Assembly (NCBI GenBank): GCA_041662525.1
Contig: JBAZSF010000005.1
Span: 1-56,528, forward strand
Origin: Minisyncoccota bacterium
GTDB lineage: Bacteria; Patescibacteriota; Minisyncoccia; Phycocordibacterales; UBA9973
DNA length: 56,528 nucleotides
Reading direction: 5' to 3'
In this document: positions 17,213 to 26,551 of the stretch, piece after piece
How positions within the stretch are numbered: position 1 is the first letter of the stretch
Layout of the letters: each line of letters begins with the position of its first letter
Notes under the pieces: generated by a model
Database searches by the model: none
Seen by the model: the letters and a program-made list of their open reading frames with translations, nothing else
What the model was told of the DNA's origin: nothing
Position numbers and translations under genes: made by a program

Positions 17213-17743
17213 TTAATTTGTTAAGGCGAGCACTTTTTTCTTTGTGTCAGGTTCTCGTATTACTATAAGTCTTTTTTTCCAACCCTTCATGAAATCACTA
17301 ATTGGAACAGTTCTTATTCCGTCACGTTTACCAGGATCATTGTAGTAGACCAATTTGTCATCAAACCCAGTTACAACAATTAGGTGGCCAAAAGGACTTT
17401 TAGGATTAAATCCTCTACGTATTGATGCGATAACCGGACCTTCTTTGACTGTATTTTTAAATTGGCTAAGAGCAGTTTCATTTTTAAATTTTGATAAATC
17501 AACAGTTTTTCCAACTAAACCGTATTTTACAGCTAAGGAAGCTAATCCTTGATGGCTCCAGCCGACGTTTTTAACATAAGCCCCACCCTTGAGAGCTTGC
17601 TCGAGTACTTTTTGTACGGATGTAGTATTTGGTTTATAAAATTCTACTATCATTGCTACGTCTGCTACTCCGCAGCCTTTTTGTTGCCAGGCAACAGATG
17701 AAATATCGCTGATTTGTGAATACAGCGGAACACTATAAGGCAT
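17213..17743 (-). CDS. C39-family peptidase-like protein
   Basis: VPLYSQ, GCG, GHLIVVTGFDDKLVYYNDP; start uncertain (17743 or 17755; track 17791). Confidence 0.85.
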   Translation of the reverse strand: MPYSVPLYSQISDISSVAWQQKGCGVADVAMIVEFYKPNTTSVQKVLEQALKGGAYVKNVGWSHQGLASLAVKYGLVGKTVDLSKFKNETALSQFKNTVKEGPVIASIRRGFNPKSPFGHLIVVTGFDDKLVYYNDPGKRDGIRTVPISDFMKGWKKRLIVIREPDTKKKVLALTN

Positions 17744-17951
17744 TATTGGTATCATATAGTACAATGGTAACAAGTGTGTCTTCAAAGTCAATGTTTTTTC
17801 ACTTTAATTTTCTTAAGTTGTAGGGTTAAAGCCTATTTTTTATGGTTTTTTAGGTAAATATGGTATAATAATTTATCTATTATTCTAAGATAAATCCCTT
17901 GTCGGGGATCTAAAAATTTTTATTTGTAAATATAAAAAGTAAATTTTAAAA

Positions 17952-18185
17952 ATGATTTTAATTGATGTAAGAACAAAGCATGAATATGATGCAGAGCATA
18001 TAAATGGGGCAGAACTTCACGATGTGATGGATATGATGCAAGGAATTTTCCCTAATGTTAATAAAAATGAAGAAATCACTTTGTATTGTGAATCTGGCAA
18101 TAGGTCTATGATGGCTAAAAATATAATGGAAAGAGCTGGTTTTACAAAAGTTGTAGATGCTGGAAGTATTGATAATTTAAGATAA
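17952..18185 (+). CDS. Rhodanese-like domain protein
   Basis: IDVRT..EY..EHI.GA and LYCESGNRS. Confidence 0.9.
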   Translation: MILIDVRTKHEYDAEHINGAELHDVMDMMQGIFPNVNKNEEITLYCESGNRSMMAKNIMERAGFTKVVDAGSIDNLR

Positions 18186-18297
18186 TAACTTAATATTTTT
18201 TGCAAAATAGGTCAAAATCAATTACTATATCCTAGTGGTTAATTTTGTATGCTGACGAACGAAGGTGAGGAAGTGTTGAGGTCAGCAGACCGAATAT

Positions 18298-18370
18298 GCC
18301 GTTGTAGCTCAGTTGGTAGAGCACGTCATTGGTAATGACGAGGTCATCGGTTCAATCCCGATCAACGGCT
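18298..18370 (+). tRNA. tRNA-Thr(GGT)
   Basis: GCCGTTG/CAACGGC acceptor; CGTCA-TTGGTAA-TGACG anticodon arm. Confidence 0.95.
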
Positions 18371-18386
18371 CTTGCTGGTTCTTTTA

Positions 18387-18457
18387 GCCGATATAGTTCA
18401 GTGGCAGAACACTACTTTCGTAAAGTAGGAACGTGGGTCCGATTCCCACTCTCGGCT
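18387..18457 (+). tRNA. tRNA-Thr(CGT)
   Basis: CTACT-TTCGTAA-AGTAG anticodon arm; T arm GTGGG-TCCGATT-CCCAC; one acceptor mismatch. Confidence 0.88.
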
Positions 18458-18472
18458 CCGCGATCAAAGATT

Positions 18473-19384
18473 ATGGAAAAAGACACAAATGAAATTATAA
18501 AAGAAATAGAAAGATTAGAAGCAGAAATGCAATCTGCTGATTTTTGGAATGATAAAAATAAAGCGCAGGCGACGTTGAGAGAACTTGCGACGTTGAAAGA
18601 AAAAAAAGAAGGGGTAAATAAATACGATAAAGGAAATGCTGTGATTACAATAATTTCTGGTGCTGGAGGGGAAGATGCAGAAGATTTTTCTGCCATGCTT
18701 TTATCTATGTATCTAAAATATGCCGAGAAACATGGTTGGCAGATTTTTTTAATTCATGAAAATAAAAATAATGATAATGGATATAGGAATGTTTCTTTTG
18801 AAATTTCCTCCCCTGATAAGGGGAGGGTAGGAGGGGTTGGTCCCTATGGAATATTGAAAAATGAAAGTGGCGTGCATCGCTTGGTACGAATTTCACCTTT
18901 TGATGCAAAAAAATTACGGCACACTTCTTTTTCCATGGTGGAAATTTTGCCAAAATTTTCCAGACTGGAAGAAAAAGATTTTATTATCCCCGTAGCTGAT
19001 TTAAAGATAGAATATTCTCGTTCCGGAGGTCCTGGAGGGCAGAATGTAAACAAAAGGGAGACAGCTGTTCGCTTGGTGCATATACCTACAGGAATAGCGG
19101 TGCATGCCTCCAATGAACGTTCTCAAGAGCATAATCGCGAGCGGGCGATGTCTATTCTTTTGGCGAAAATTTTCAAAAAAGCGCAAGAGGACAAGAAAAG
19201 CATGGAAGAAAGTCTAAAATTAACTAGAAATACTGAAATAGAGTGGGGGAATCAGATTCGCTCTTATGTATTGCACCCTTACAAAATGGTCAAAGATCAT
19301 CGAACTGGAGTAGAAACATCAAATGTTGATGCAGTTTTAGATGGTGGCTTGGATATTTTCATTGAGGCAGAGAAGAATTTGTAA
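18473..19384 (+). CDS. prfB: Peptide chain release factor 2, shortened N-terminal domain, no frameshift site
   Basis: [18 protein letters not shown] (SPF), [22 protein letters not shown]; start re-assigned to 18473 because the track ORF runs through tRNAs. Confidence 0.93.
   Translation: MEKDTNEIIKEIERLEAEMQSADFWNDKNKAQATLRELATLKEKKEGVNKYDKGNAVITIISGAGGEDAEDFSAMLLSMYLKYAEKHGWQIFLIHENKNNDNGYRNVSFEISSPDKGRVGGVGPYGILKNESGVHRLVRISPFDAKKLRHTSFSMVEILPKFSRLEEKDFIIPVADLKIEYSRSGGPGGQNVNKRETAVRLVHIPTGIAVHASNERSQEHNRERAMSILLAKIFKKAQEDKKSMEESLKLTRNTEIEWGNQIRSYVLHPYKMVKDHRTGVETSNVDAVLDGGLDIFIEAEKNL
18807..18836 (+). repeat. Family B-like palindrome in frame in prfB
   Basis: CCTCCCCT-gata-AGGGGAGG followed by gtaggagggg; encodes SPDKGRVGG. 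Confidence 0.75.
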
Positions 19385-19445
19385 ATAGACATGCCTTGAT
19401 AGGATTGTTATAATTAAACTATTATAAAATAATATATAAAAAATT

Positions 19446-19763
19446 ATGGATGAAGGAAAAATATTAAACTCTGGAATTATACAAAATCAAACTCCAGAAA
19501 AAGAAGTTAAAAAACAATATATACTTAGTACCACAGAGAAAGAAGCAATTAAAAAAGTTGTTGAGCCACTATTTGTGAATGGAAAGCATTGTTCTGAAAT
19601 TGCTGAGACTTTTCACAAAGGAAGCATTGAGAACACCAAACTTACGATTGAACTTCAGCCCATTCTTTATAGGATTAAAGAGCTAGCTTCAGATAAGGAT
19701 TTTATGGATAAATATGAACGATTAGCGTTATATATAGGTATGATAAAAAAAGAGAATAATTAA
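19446..19763 (+). CDS. Hypothetical protein
   Basis: 105-aa ORF; no motif recognised. Confidence 0.5.
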   Translation: MDEGKILNSGIIQNQTPEKEVKKQYILSTTEKEAIKKVVEPLFVNGKHCSEIAETFHKGSIENTKLTIELQPILYRIKELASDKDFMDKYERLALYIGMIKKENN

Positions 19764-19800
19764 TTCTTGAAGGTTCTATATATATATTTATATAAGTAAT

Positions 19801-19828
19801 TTGACAATGTATCTACATTGTATATACT
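19801..19828 (+). promoter_or_regulatory. mazEF promoter with an overlapping inverted-repeat operator
   Basis: TTGACA 19801-19806, TATACT 19823-19828, CAATGTA-tc-TACATTG 19805-19820. Confidence 0.75.
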
Positions 19829-19834
19829 TAGAGT

Positions 19835-20077
19835 ATGACAACAAAAATTCAAAAATGGGGAAATAGTTTAGCGGTGCGAATACCGAATGAATTTGCAAAA
19901 AACCTCAATTGGTCTTCTGGCGCTATCGTGAGTTTTCAGCAATCAGGAAATAAAATGATTATTACTTCTAGCCGTCCTAAATATACTTTAGAGCAAATGG
20001 TGAAAGGGATGACAAAGAAAAATAGGCATAAATCTCTATGGCCAAATGATAAGCCAAGAGGTAAGGAAATATGGTAA
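19835..20077 (+). CDS. mazE: AbrB/MazE-family antitoxin
   Basis: IQKWGNSLAVRIP; YTLEQMV. Confidence 0.92.
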   Translation: MTTKIQKWGNSLAVRIPNEFAKNLNWSSGAIVSFQQSGNKMIITSSRPKYTLEQMVKGMTKKNRHKSLWPNDKPRGKEIW

Positions 20078-20409
20078 AAAATCTAGCAATTCCAGAAAGA
20101 GGCAACATTGTTTGGATTGATTTTAGCCCAACAAAAGGCCATGAGCAGTCAGGCCTGCGTCCAGCTGTAGTAATTTCTTCAAATGAATATAATTCTTTTT
20201 CTGGCTTGGTCTTGGTTTGTCCTATGACTAGTAAACACAAAGGTTATTTTTTTGAAGTTTTAATAAAAGGACCAAAAGAAAAGTCTTTTGTTTTGGCTGA
20301 CCAAATAAGATCTTTTGATATAAAAGAAAGGATAAAAAAGATAACAGGGAAAGTCACTGTATTGGAAATTAATGAAATTTTAGGGAGAGTTTCAGTTTTG
20401 TTTGAATAA
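20071..20409 (+). CDS. mazF: PemK/MazF-family toxin
   Basis: DFSPTKGHEQSGLRPAVVIS, CPMTS, LADQIRSFD; overlaps the antitoxin stop. Confidence 0.92.
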   Translation: MVKNLAIPERGNIVWIDFSPTKGHEQSGLRPAVVISSNEYNSFSGLVLVCPMTSKHKGYFFEVLIKGPKEKSFVLADQIRSFDIKERIKKITGKVTVLEINEILGRVSVLFE

Positions 20410-20432
20410 AAATTTGTGATAGAATAAAAGGA

Positions 20433-21101
20433 GTGATTTACTTTAATAATGTTTCAAAAATTTACAAAGATTTAGCCGCGCTTGATGATGTGACTTTTAC
20501 AGTTGAGACTGGAGAATTTGTCTCGGTTGTTGGACATTCTGGCGCTGGTAAAACCACTTTAACAAAAATGATTTTAGCAGAAGAGATACCTTCTCTGGGT
20601 ACAGTTTTTTTTGAGTCAATTGATGTAAATAAAATAAAAAATAAAGATCTAACTAAACTTCGTCGTCGTATTGGTATGGTTTTTCAAGATTACAAACTGC
20701 TTTCTAATAAAACAGCTTATGAAAATATTGCTTTTGCTATGGAAGCTGTAGGAAAAACTGAGGAAGAGATAGCCAGTGACGTTCCTCATGTTTTAGAACT
20801 CGTTGATTTGAGCCATAGAGTTTGTCATTTTCCAAATCAAATGTCTGGTGGTGAACAACAGCGCCTAGCGATAGCACGAGCCATCATAAATCAACCAGAA
20901 ATTATTATTGCGGATGAACCGACAGGGAATTTAGATCCTGTAAATACGCATGAAATAGTACAGATTTTGAAAAAGATAAATGACCTCGGTACGACAGTTA
21001 TTTTAACCACACATAACTATGGAATCATTGAATCTCTTGGTAAAAGAGTGATTACGATGGAAAATGGGAAAATTATAAGAGATACTAAACATAAGAAATA
21101 A
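20433..21101 (+). CDS. ftsE: Cell-division ATP-binding protein FtsE
   Basis: GHSGAGKTT, LRRRIGMVFQD, MSGGEQQR, ADEPTGNLDP; GTG start. Confidence 0.92.
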   Translation: MIYFNNVSKIYKDLAALDDVTFTVETGEFVSVVGHSGAGKTTLTKMILAEEIPSLGTVFFESIDVNKIKNKDLTKLRRRIGMVFQDYKLLSNKTAYENIAFAMEAVGKTEEEIASDVPHVLELVDLSHRVCHFPNQMSGGEQQRLAIARAIINQPEIIIADEPTGNLDPVNTHEIVQILKKINDLGTTVILTTHNYGIIESLGKRVITMENGKIIRDTKHKK

Positions 21102-21132
21102 TGTGGTATACTCACCTTAATAAGATATTTTT

Positions 21133-22056
21133 ATGAGAATAGTTGCATTCAAAAGAATTATAAAAGGTGGATTTTTAAACTTTAAAAGGAGTGGGCTTGT
21201 TTCTTGGGCAGCGGTTCTGGTGGTGACGATTACCCTTTCAGTGATCACTCTTATTATTTTCCTGCAAGCAGTTTTACATTTTTCCCTCAATCAAATCAAA
21301 GATAAAGTAGATGTTACTATTTATTTTACTAGTAGTGCATCTGTGGACAATATTACGCTTTTGAAATCTTCTCTAGAAAAATTACCTGAAGTATCACAAG
21401 TTTTTTACACAAGTGCTGCTGATAATTTAAAAAATTTCCGTCTTCGCCATTCTAATGATTATCCGACGATTCAAGCTTTGGACGAAATAGGGGGGAATCC
21501 ACTTTTGGCTACTCTCGGAATAAAAGCAAAAGAAATTTCTCAATATGAATCTATTGCAAATTTCTTAAAATCAGACAATGCACTAGTTTCTGGTCCAATC
21601 TCCATCATAGACCACACAAATTATTATAATAATAAAGAAGTTATATCTAAATTAGATGTCATAATCTCCAGCGCTCAAAAACTTGGTTTTCTAGTGACGT
21701 TGCTTTTTGTAATTATTTCTATCATTATCACTTACAATACGATTCGTTTGACCATTTTTATTTCTAAAGAAGAAATTGGTGTGATGCGTCTTGTCGGTGC
21801 TTCTAAAATGCACGTGCGTGGACCTTTTATGATCGAAGGTGCAATTTATGGTATTATCGCGACTTTCTTTACTCTTATTCTTTTTTTGCCAACGACAGTT
21901 TGGCTTGGACGAAATATGACGAGTTTTCTTGGAATCAATTTGTATGATTATTATCTTGCAAGTTTTTTTCAAATTTTTATAATACTTTTATTATCAGGTG
22001 TGGGCTTAGGAATTATTTCTAGCTTTTTGGCGGTTAGAAAATATTTAAATAAATAA
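21133..22056 (+). CDS. ftsX: Cell-division permease FtsX
   Basis: NTIRLTIF..KEEIGVMRLVGAS...GPFMIEG; follows ftsE. Confidence 0.92.
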   Translation: MRIVAFKRIIKGGFLNFKRSGLVSWAAVLVVTITLSVITLIIFLQAVLHFSLNQIKDKVDVTIYFTSSASVDNITLLKSSLEKLPEVSQVFYTSAADNLKNFRLRHSNDYPTIQALDEIGGNPLLATLGIKAKEISQYESIANFLKSDNALVSGPISIIDHTNYYNNKEVISKLDVIISSAQKLGFLVTLLFVIISIIITYNTIRLTIFISKEEIGVMRLVGASKMHVRGPFMIEGAIYGIIATFFTLILFLPTTVWLGRNMTSFLGINLYDYYLASFFQIFIILLLSGVGLGIISSFLAVRKYLNK

Positions 22057-22059
22057 GTT

Positions 22060-23697
22060 ATGCAAAAAAAAGAAACAAAATATATTTTTGTAGTGGGAGG
22101 GGTTATGTCTTCGGTGGGTAAGGGTATCGCTGCTTCTTCTATTGGAAAGATATTGCAGTCTCGTGGTTATAGAGTGGCCAACATGAAAGCAGATATGTAT
22201 ATCAATCTTGATGCGGGCACTATTCGTCCAGCTGAACATGGGGAAGTTTTTGTTGGGGAAGATGGAATAGAGGCTGATCAAGATCTCGGCAATTATGAGC
22301 GTTTTACAAATCAAATTAGTACCCGTGAAAATTACATTACTACTGGACAAGTATATGCAGAAGTTATAAAACGAGAAAGAAATTTAGAATACGGAGGAGA
22401 AGATGTTGAAGTTTATCCAGATATTCCAAAAGAAATAATCAGACGGATTGAAGCTTGCCAGGAAAAAAATAAATCAGATATTACAATAATAGAGTATGGT
22501 GGTACAGTGGGGGAATATCAGCTTCTTCCTTTCTTAGAAGCGACTAGAATGATGAAATCAAAAAAGCCTTCTGATGTTTTTGTGGTTTTGATTAGTTATT
22601 TGCCGACACCGTCACTTTTGGGCGAGCAAAAATCAAAACCTACTCAACACGCTATCACTGATCTTTATTCAGTTGGTTTAAATCCAGATTTTGTAATCTG
22701 TCGAGCAGACCAACCCGCTACATCAGATATAAAACGAACCATCAGTAATGTGTGTAGTTTGCCAGTAGAGAGAATAATCTCAGCACCGGATGTTTATTCT
22801 ATTTATGATGTGCCGGTTAATTTTGAAAAAGAAAATTTTGGGAATATTTTACTTAAAACCATCGGTTTGACACCACGACAGCAGGATTTAGCTGATTGGA
22901 CGGCTTTGGCAAATAAAATAAAAAAAATAAAGAAAGAAGTTCGTATTGGTATCGTGGGTAAGTATTTTAATTTTAAATCATGCAAAGACACTTACATTTC
23001 AGTAATTGAATCCATCAATCACGCCACTTGGGCCTTGGGCTATAAACCAGACATCATATGGCTTGATTCAGAAAAATATGAAAATGATCATAAATTATTA
23101 AGCGAGCTAGACGAGCTAGACGGCATCATTGTTCCCGGAGGGTTTGGTAATAGGGGTGTGGAAGGTATGATCTTGGCAGCAGATTATGCCCGCAGGAAAA
23201 AGATCCCATATTTTGGTTTATGTTTAGGGATGCAAATTTTAACTATTTCTTATGCTCGCAATGTTTTAAAATTTAACAACGCTAATTCAACAGAGATGAA
23301 TGCGAATACTCCATATCCAGTTATCGCTACTATGGCTGACCAAGTTGAAAAAATAAAGAATAAAAATTATGGAGGGAGTATGCGTTTAGGGGCTTACGAT
23401 TGCGTTCTAGTAAAGGACTCCATAGCTTTCGGATCCTATAAAGCTTCTAAAATTTCTGAACGTCATCGACATCGATATGAAGTAAACACAAAATACATTG
23501 GAGAATTGGAAAAAGCCGGTTTAGTTTTTTCTGGTAAATCTCCGGATGGAGTTTTGATGGAAATAGCAGAGCTTTCCAAAAAAGATCATCCGTTTTATTT
23601 AGGGACTCAATTTCATCCTGAATTTAAATCCCGCCCCCTTTCTCCACACCCACTTTTCTCTGCTTTCATAAAAGCTTCTATAAATAAGAAAAAATAA
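22060..23697 (+). CDS. pyrG: CTP synthase
   Basis: GGVMSSVGKG, HGEVFV, PGGFG.RG, GLCLGMQ, ERHRHRYEVN, QFHPEF. Confidence 0.97.
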   Translation: MQKKETKYIFVVGGVMSSVGKGIAASSIGKILQSRGYRVANMKADMYINLDAGTIRPAEHGEVFVGEDGIEADQDLGNYERFTNQISTRENYITTGQVYAEVIKRERNLEYGGEDVEVYPDIPKEIIRRIEACQEKNKSDITIIEYGGTVGEYQLLPFLEATRMMKSKKPSDVFVVLISYLPTPSLLGEQKSKPTQHAITDLYSVGLNPDFVICRADQPATSDIKRTISNVCSLPVERIISAPDVYSIYDVPVNFEKENFGNILLKTIGLTPRQQDLADWTALANKIKKIKKEVRIGIVGKYFNFKSCKDTYISVIESINHATWALGYKPDIIWLDSEKYENDHKLLSELDELDGIIVPGGFGNRGVEGMILAADYARRKKIPYFGLCLGMQILTISYARNVLKFNNANSTEMNANTPYPVIATMADQVEKIKNKNYGGSMRLGAYDCVLVKDSIAFGSYKASKISERHRHRYEVNTKYIGELEKAGLVFSGKSPDGVLMEIAELSKKDHPFYLGTQFHPEFKSRPLSPHPLFSAFIKASINKKK

Positions 23698-23700
23698 AAT

Positions 23701-23723
23701 TTGTGAAGGTCTAACCTTCACAA
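23701..23723. repeat. Intergenic palindrome resembling family C
   Basis: TTGTGAAGGT-cta-ACCTTCACAA. Confidence 0.65.
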
Positions 23724-23758
23724 AAAACTGAGCAAGGGTAGTCCTTGCTCAGTTTTTT
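23722..23758. terminator. Bidirectional terminator between convergent pyrG and the SHOCT gene
   Basis: AAAAAACTGAGCAAGG-gtagt-CCTTGCTCAGTTTTTT. Confidence 0.85.
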
Positions 23759-23798
23759 CTCAGTTTGCTAAAAAGTGGAGGCAACGTCTCCGCATTAG

Positions 23799-24038
23799 TT
23801 AGGCCAAATCCTTCTTTTTGGTTTCAAATTCTTCTTTATTAATTTCGCCTTTTGCATATCTTTCTTTTAGAATATCTAGCGCGTTGTTATTTTTACCATC
23901 CATGTGTCCGCAATGAAAGTGCGATTTACCTCCTCGAATTAGCCAAAAAGCAAAGGCAATAATAGCAATCCAAAAAAAGAACATAATCAACCCGCCTAGC
24001 ATGGAGCCACCCCAATTTCCATAATATCCGTACATCAT
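23799..24038 (-). CDS. SHOCT-domain membrane protein (paralog of 13589)
   Basis: MMYG start; [25 protein letters not shown]. Confidence 0.88.
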   Translation of the reverse strand: MMYGYYGNWGGSMLGGLIMFFFWIAIIAFAFWLIRGGKSHFHCGHMDGKNNNALDILKERYAKGEINKEEFETKKKDLA

Positions 24039-24084
24039 ATAATTTTAATTTAATTAATCATTATTAAATTTATTAAACCAAGAA

Positions 24085-24270
24085 CTATTCGTGTACTTTT
24101 GCTTCCATCATGCTTTTCTTGTCATCCTCAGACATATCTTTCATGTCTTCAGGGTGATCTACTTTAGCATGAGTCATCATTTTATCCGCCACCTCTGACG
24201 CCGTATCTCCAGTGGCTTCGAAAGTACAAGTAGTACTTGGATTTATATCTTTACAAGAAAGTTTCATCAT
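24085..24270 (-). CDS. DUF1059-like small putative metal-binding protein
   Basis: LSCKD.....CTFEATG......MMTHAKVDH. Confidence 0.8.
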   Translation of the reverse strand: MMKLSCKDINPSTTCTFEATGDTASEVADKMMTHAKVDHPEDMKDMSEDDKKSMMEAKVHE

Positions 24271-24315
24271 AAATATTAAATATCTAATTTTTATAATAAT
24301 TCGACTTTAAACAAA

Positions 24316-24765
24316 CTAAGGTTTGAGAACAAACCACACTCCTCCAACGTTTTGTCCAGTAGTGTCTCCTACAACTTTATCAAATTTCCAAAAATAAAGT
24401 GGAATGCCATTATAGGTAAGCTGTCTAGAACCATCTGTGCGGACAGTTGTGGCAAGCATACCAGTTATTCCCGTGTCAGGAATAAGATTTTCATTAGCTG
24501 ATATTAGATACGGAGGCCAATTGACTGCACATTCGTCGTAACAGGTACTAACATTTGGTATTGTATCTTTTGTGAAAAGATACAAGGTCATTCCATTTGA
24601 TGCTACTAAATAACTGCCGAGGGTTGGATTAGAGGAAACTTTAAGGGTTGGGGTAGTATTAGGCGAGTTTTTGTCTATTTGGGTAGATTTCATCGAAAAT
24701 AAAGAAAGACCACCCACTATGATAATTATTATTATCACTATCCAGACTATATTCCACGTTTTCAT
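24316..24765 (-). CDS. Secreted protein with two Y-X4-D repeats (Lipoprotein_15-like)
   Basis: GMTLYLFTKD, CAVNWPP, QLTYNGIPLYFWKFD...GQNVGGVWF. Confidence 0.85.
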   Translation of the reverse strand: MKTWNIVWIVIIIIIIVGGLSLFSMKSTQIDKNSPNTTPTLKVSSNPTLGSYLVASNGMTLYLFTKDTIPNVSTCYDECAVNWPPYLISANENLIPDTGITGMLATTVRTDGSRQLTYNGIPLYFWKFDKVVGDTTGQNVGGVWFVLKP

Positions 24766-24895
24766 ACAATTTATTTTATTAAACTAATAATTTTTTTTAT
24801 TTATAATAAAAATCGACCTTATAATATAAACTTACAATAATTAATTATAAGAAAGGTTTATTAAAATAACATTAAAAAATTTATTAAGAAAATTA

Positions 24896-25666
24896 TTATG
24901 ATTTTTTTAGTACGTCTTTCTTAAAGTGTTTTAAATAAGCAACAATAATAAAGCTAATAATAACCATCAGAAACCAAGAAGTTATCTTGCTCGTAGAAAC
25001 GACATTCCAACCGTGGACCTGATTTGGATATTGCCAAGCACCTAAATAGGTAGAGATATTTTCAGCAATCCAGATAAAGAATGCAATCAGAAGGAAAGCC
25101 AAATTCATCGGCATCCACCTGCGGATATCGGTCACTGTAAAATACACTTTCGTTTTCCAGAAAAAAATAAAAACAGCTAGAATCAAAAACATTCGAAAAT
25201 CATATATATAATGATTAGTAAAAAAATTTAGATAAATTAAAAAACAAAGAAAAACGCTTAACCCATAACGAGAGTAATTTGTCAGTTCTAGTTTCATTAT
25301 TTTCCATGACTGACTTATATAGCTTCCGATTGCAGCATACATAAATCCGCTATAAAGAGGAACGGTAGCAATTTTTAAAAAACCGGCTTCAGGATAGCTC
25401 CAAGAACCTATGGCTGGGTTAGTTTTATATAGCTCTAAAACAAGTCCGATAATATGAAACAAAAAAATAACTTTCACTTCGTCTTTTGTTTCAAGTTTAG
25501 TGAAGTAAAGTATGGCCTGTATGGCAATTGCCGCTAGAAATAAGAAATCATATCGTGCTAGTCCAAAAAGAGGTATTTGGTTTGAAATAAAAAGTAGTAA
25601 GAAGAAAGATCCTGCGAATATCGCAGCTCGAGCTTGCTTGATGCCGAAAATTAAAAATTCTTTCAT
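24896..25666 (-). CDS. DUF817 (YoaT-like) membrane protein
   Basis: KQARAAIF, GSWSYPE, VPLYSGFMYAAIGSY, IWIAENIST..GAWQYP. Confidence 0.85.
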   Translation of the reverse strand: MKEFLIFGIKQARAAIFAGSFFLLLFISNQIPLFGLARYDFLFLAAIAIQAILYFTKLETKDEVKVIFLFHIIGLVLELYKTNPAIGSWSYPEAGFLKIATVPLYSGFMYAAIGSYISQSWKIMKLELTNYSRYGLSVFLCFLIYLNFFTNHYIYDFRMFLILAVFIFFWKTKVYFTVTDIRRWMPMNLAFLLIAFFIWIAENISTYLGAWQYPNQVHGWNVVSTSKITSWFLMVIISFIIVAYLKHFKKDVLKKS

Positions 25667-25702
25667 AATAGATTTATAGGGTCTTTATAAGAAATTTGTA
25701 TG

Positions 25703-25773
25703 CTACGGGACTTGGACTCGAACCAAGATCACATCCTCCAGAGGGATGGGTCCTACCATTAGACGATCCCGTA
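25703..25773 (-). tRNA. tRNA-Gln(CTG)
   Basis: Minus strand: TACGGGA/TCCCGTA acceptor; CATCC-CTCTGGA-GGATG anticodon arm; G73. Confidence 0.93.
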
Positions 25774-25843
25774 ATGATTAATAATGGTTATTCATACAAT
25801 AGAACAAAATTACGTTTTTATCAAACTGTTGTATAATGTATCT

Positions 25844-26551
25844 GTGAGCACAACATTAAAAACAACGACAAAGGTAGAGGACGCTGCAAATTTTATTGCT
25901 TCTTCTATTTTAAGTCAATTAAAGTTAGGCAAGCAGGTTTTGTTTTTTGTGACCGGTGGTTCTTCCATTGCCGTCGGAGCAAAAGTCGCAGAGCTTTTGA
26001 GAGACAATTTAGAGCAAAATTTAACTAAAAATCTGACCATAATGATGACTGATGAGAGGTACGGACCGCTTGATCACAAAGATTCAAATTGGTATCAATT
26101 GATAGAGAAAGGTTTTAGTCTTCCGCAAGCTAGACTTTTGCCTATTTTGGATGGAAGTGACCGTGTCAGTACAACTGAAAAATTTAATAAAAATCTTTAT
26201 CAGGAATTAATGGAGAATAAAGATAATAAATATAAAATTGGCTTGTTTGGCATAGGAGCGGATGGGCATACGGCTGGAATATTGCCGAAGAGTGAGGTAG
26301 TGAGTGACACAGTAGAATCTAAAGACTTAGCCTATGGTTACAATACTCCGACATTTTCTAGAATCACAATAACTCCTAAAGCAATAGAAGGATTAGATGA
26401 GGCTGTGGTTTGGGTGCAGGGTGAAGAGAAATGGAGCGTGGTAAAAGATTTATTAGAAAAAGATATTAATATCACTAAACAGCCAGCCCAAATCTTGAAA
26501 AGAGTTCCATTATTAACAATATTTACTGATTATAAACAGACAAATGGATAA
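25844..26551 (+). CDS. pgl: 6-phosphogluconolactonase
   Basis: VTGGSS, MTDERYGP, GIGADGHTAGI, RITITP; GTG start 6 nt after TATAAT; overlaps zwf. Confidence 0.85.
   Translation: MSTTLKTTTKVEDAANFIASSILSQLKLGKQVLFFVTGGSSIAVGAKVAELLRDNLEQNLTKNLTIMMTDERYGPLDHKDSNWYQLIEKGFSLPQARLLPILDGSDRVSTTEKFNKNLYQELMENKDNKYKIGLFGIGADGHTAGILPKSEVVSDTVESKDLAYGYNTPTFSRITITPKAIEGLDEAVVWVQGEEKWSVVKDLLEKDINITKQPAQILKRVPLLTIFTDYKQTNG

Noticed and set aside
18250-18290. Hammerhead ribozyme suggested by CTGACGA
   Set aside because: No GAAA and NUH in the right three-stem arrangement; only a simple hairpin is evident.
18329-18472. N-terminal extension of prfB in the ORF track, or a frameshifted upstream part
   Set aside because: This stretch is the two tRNA-Thr genes; no CTT-TGA-C slip site was seen.
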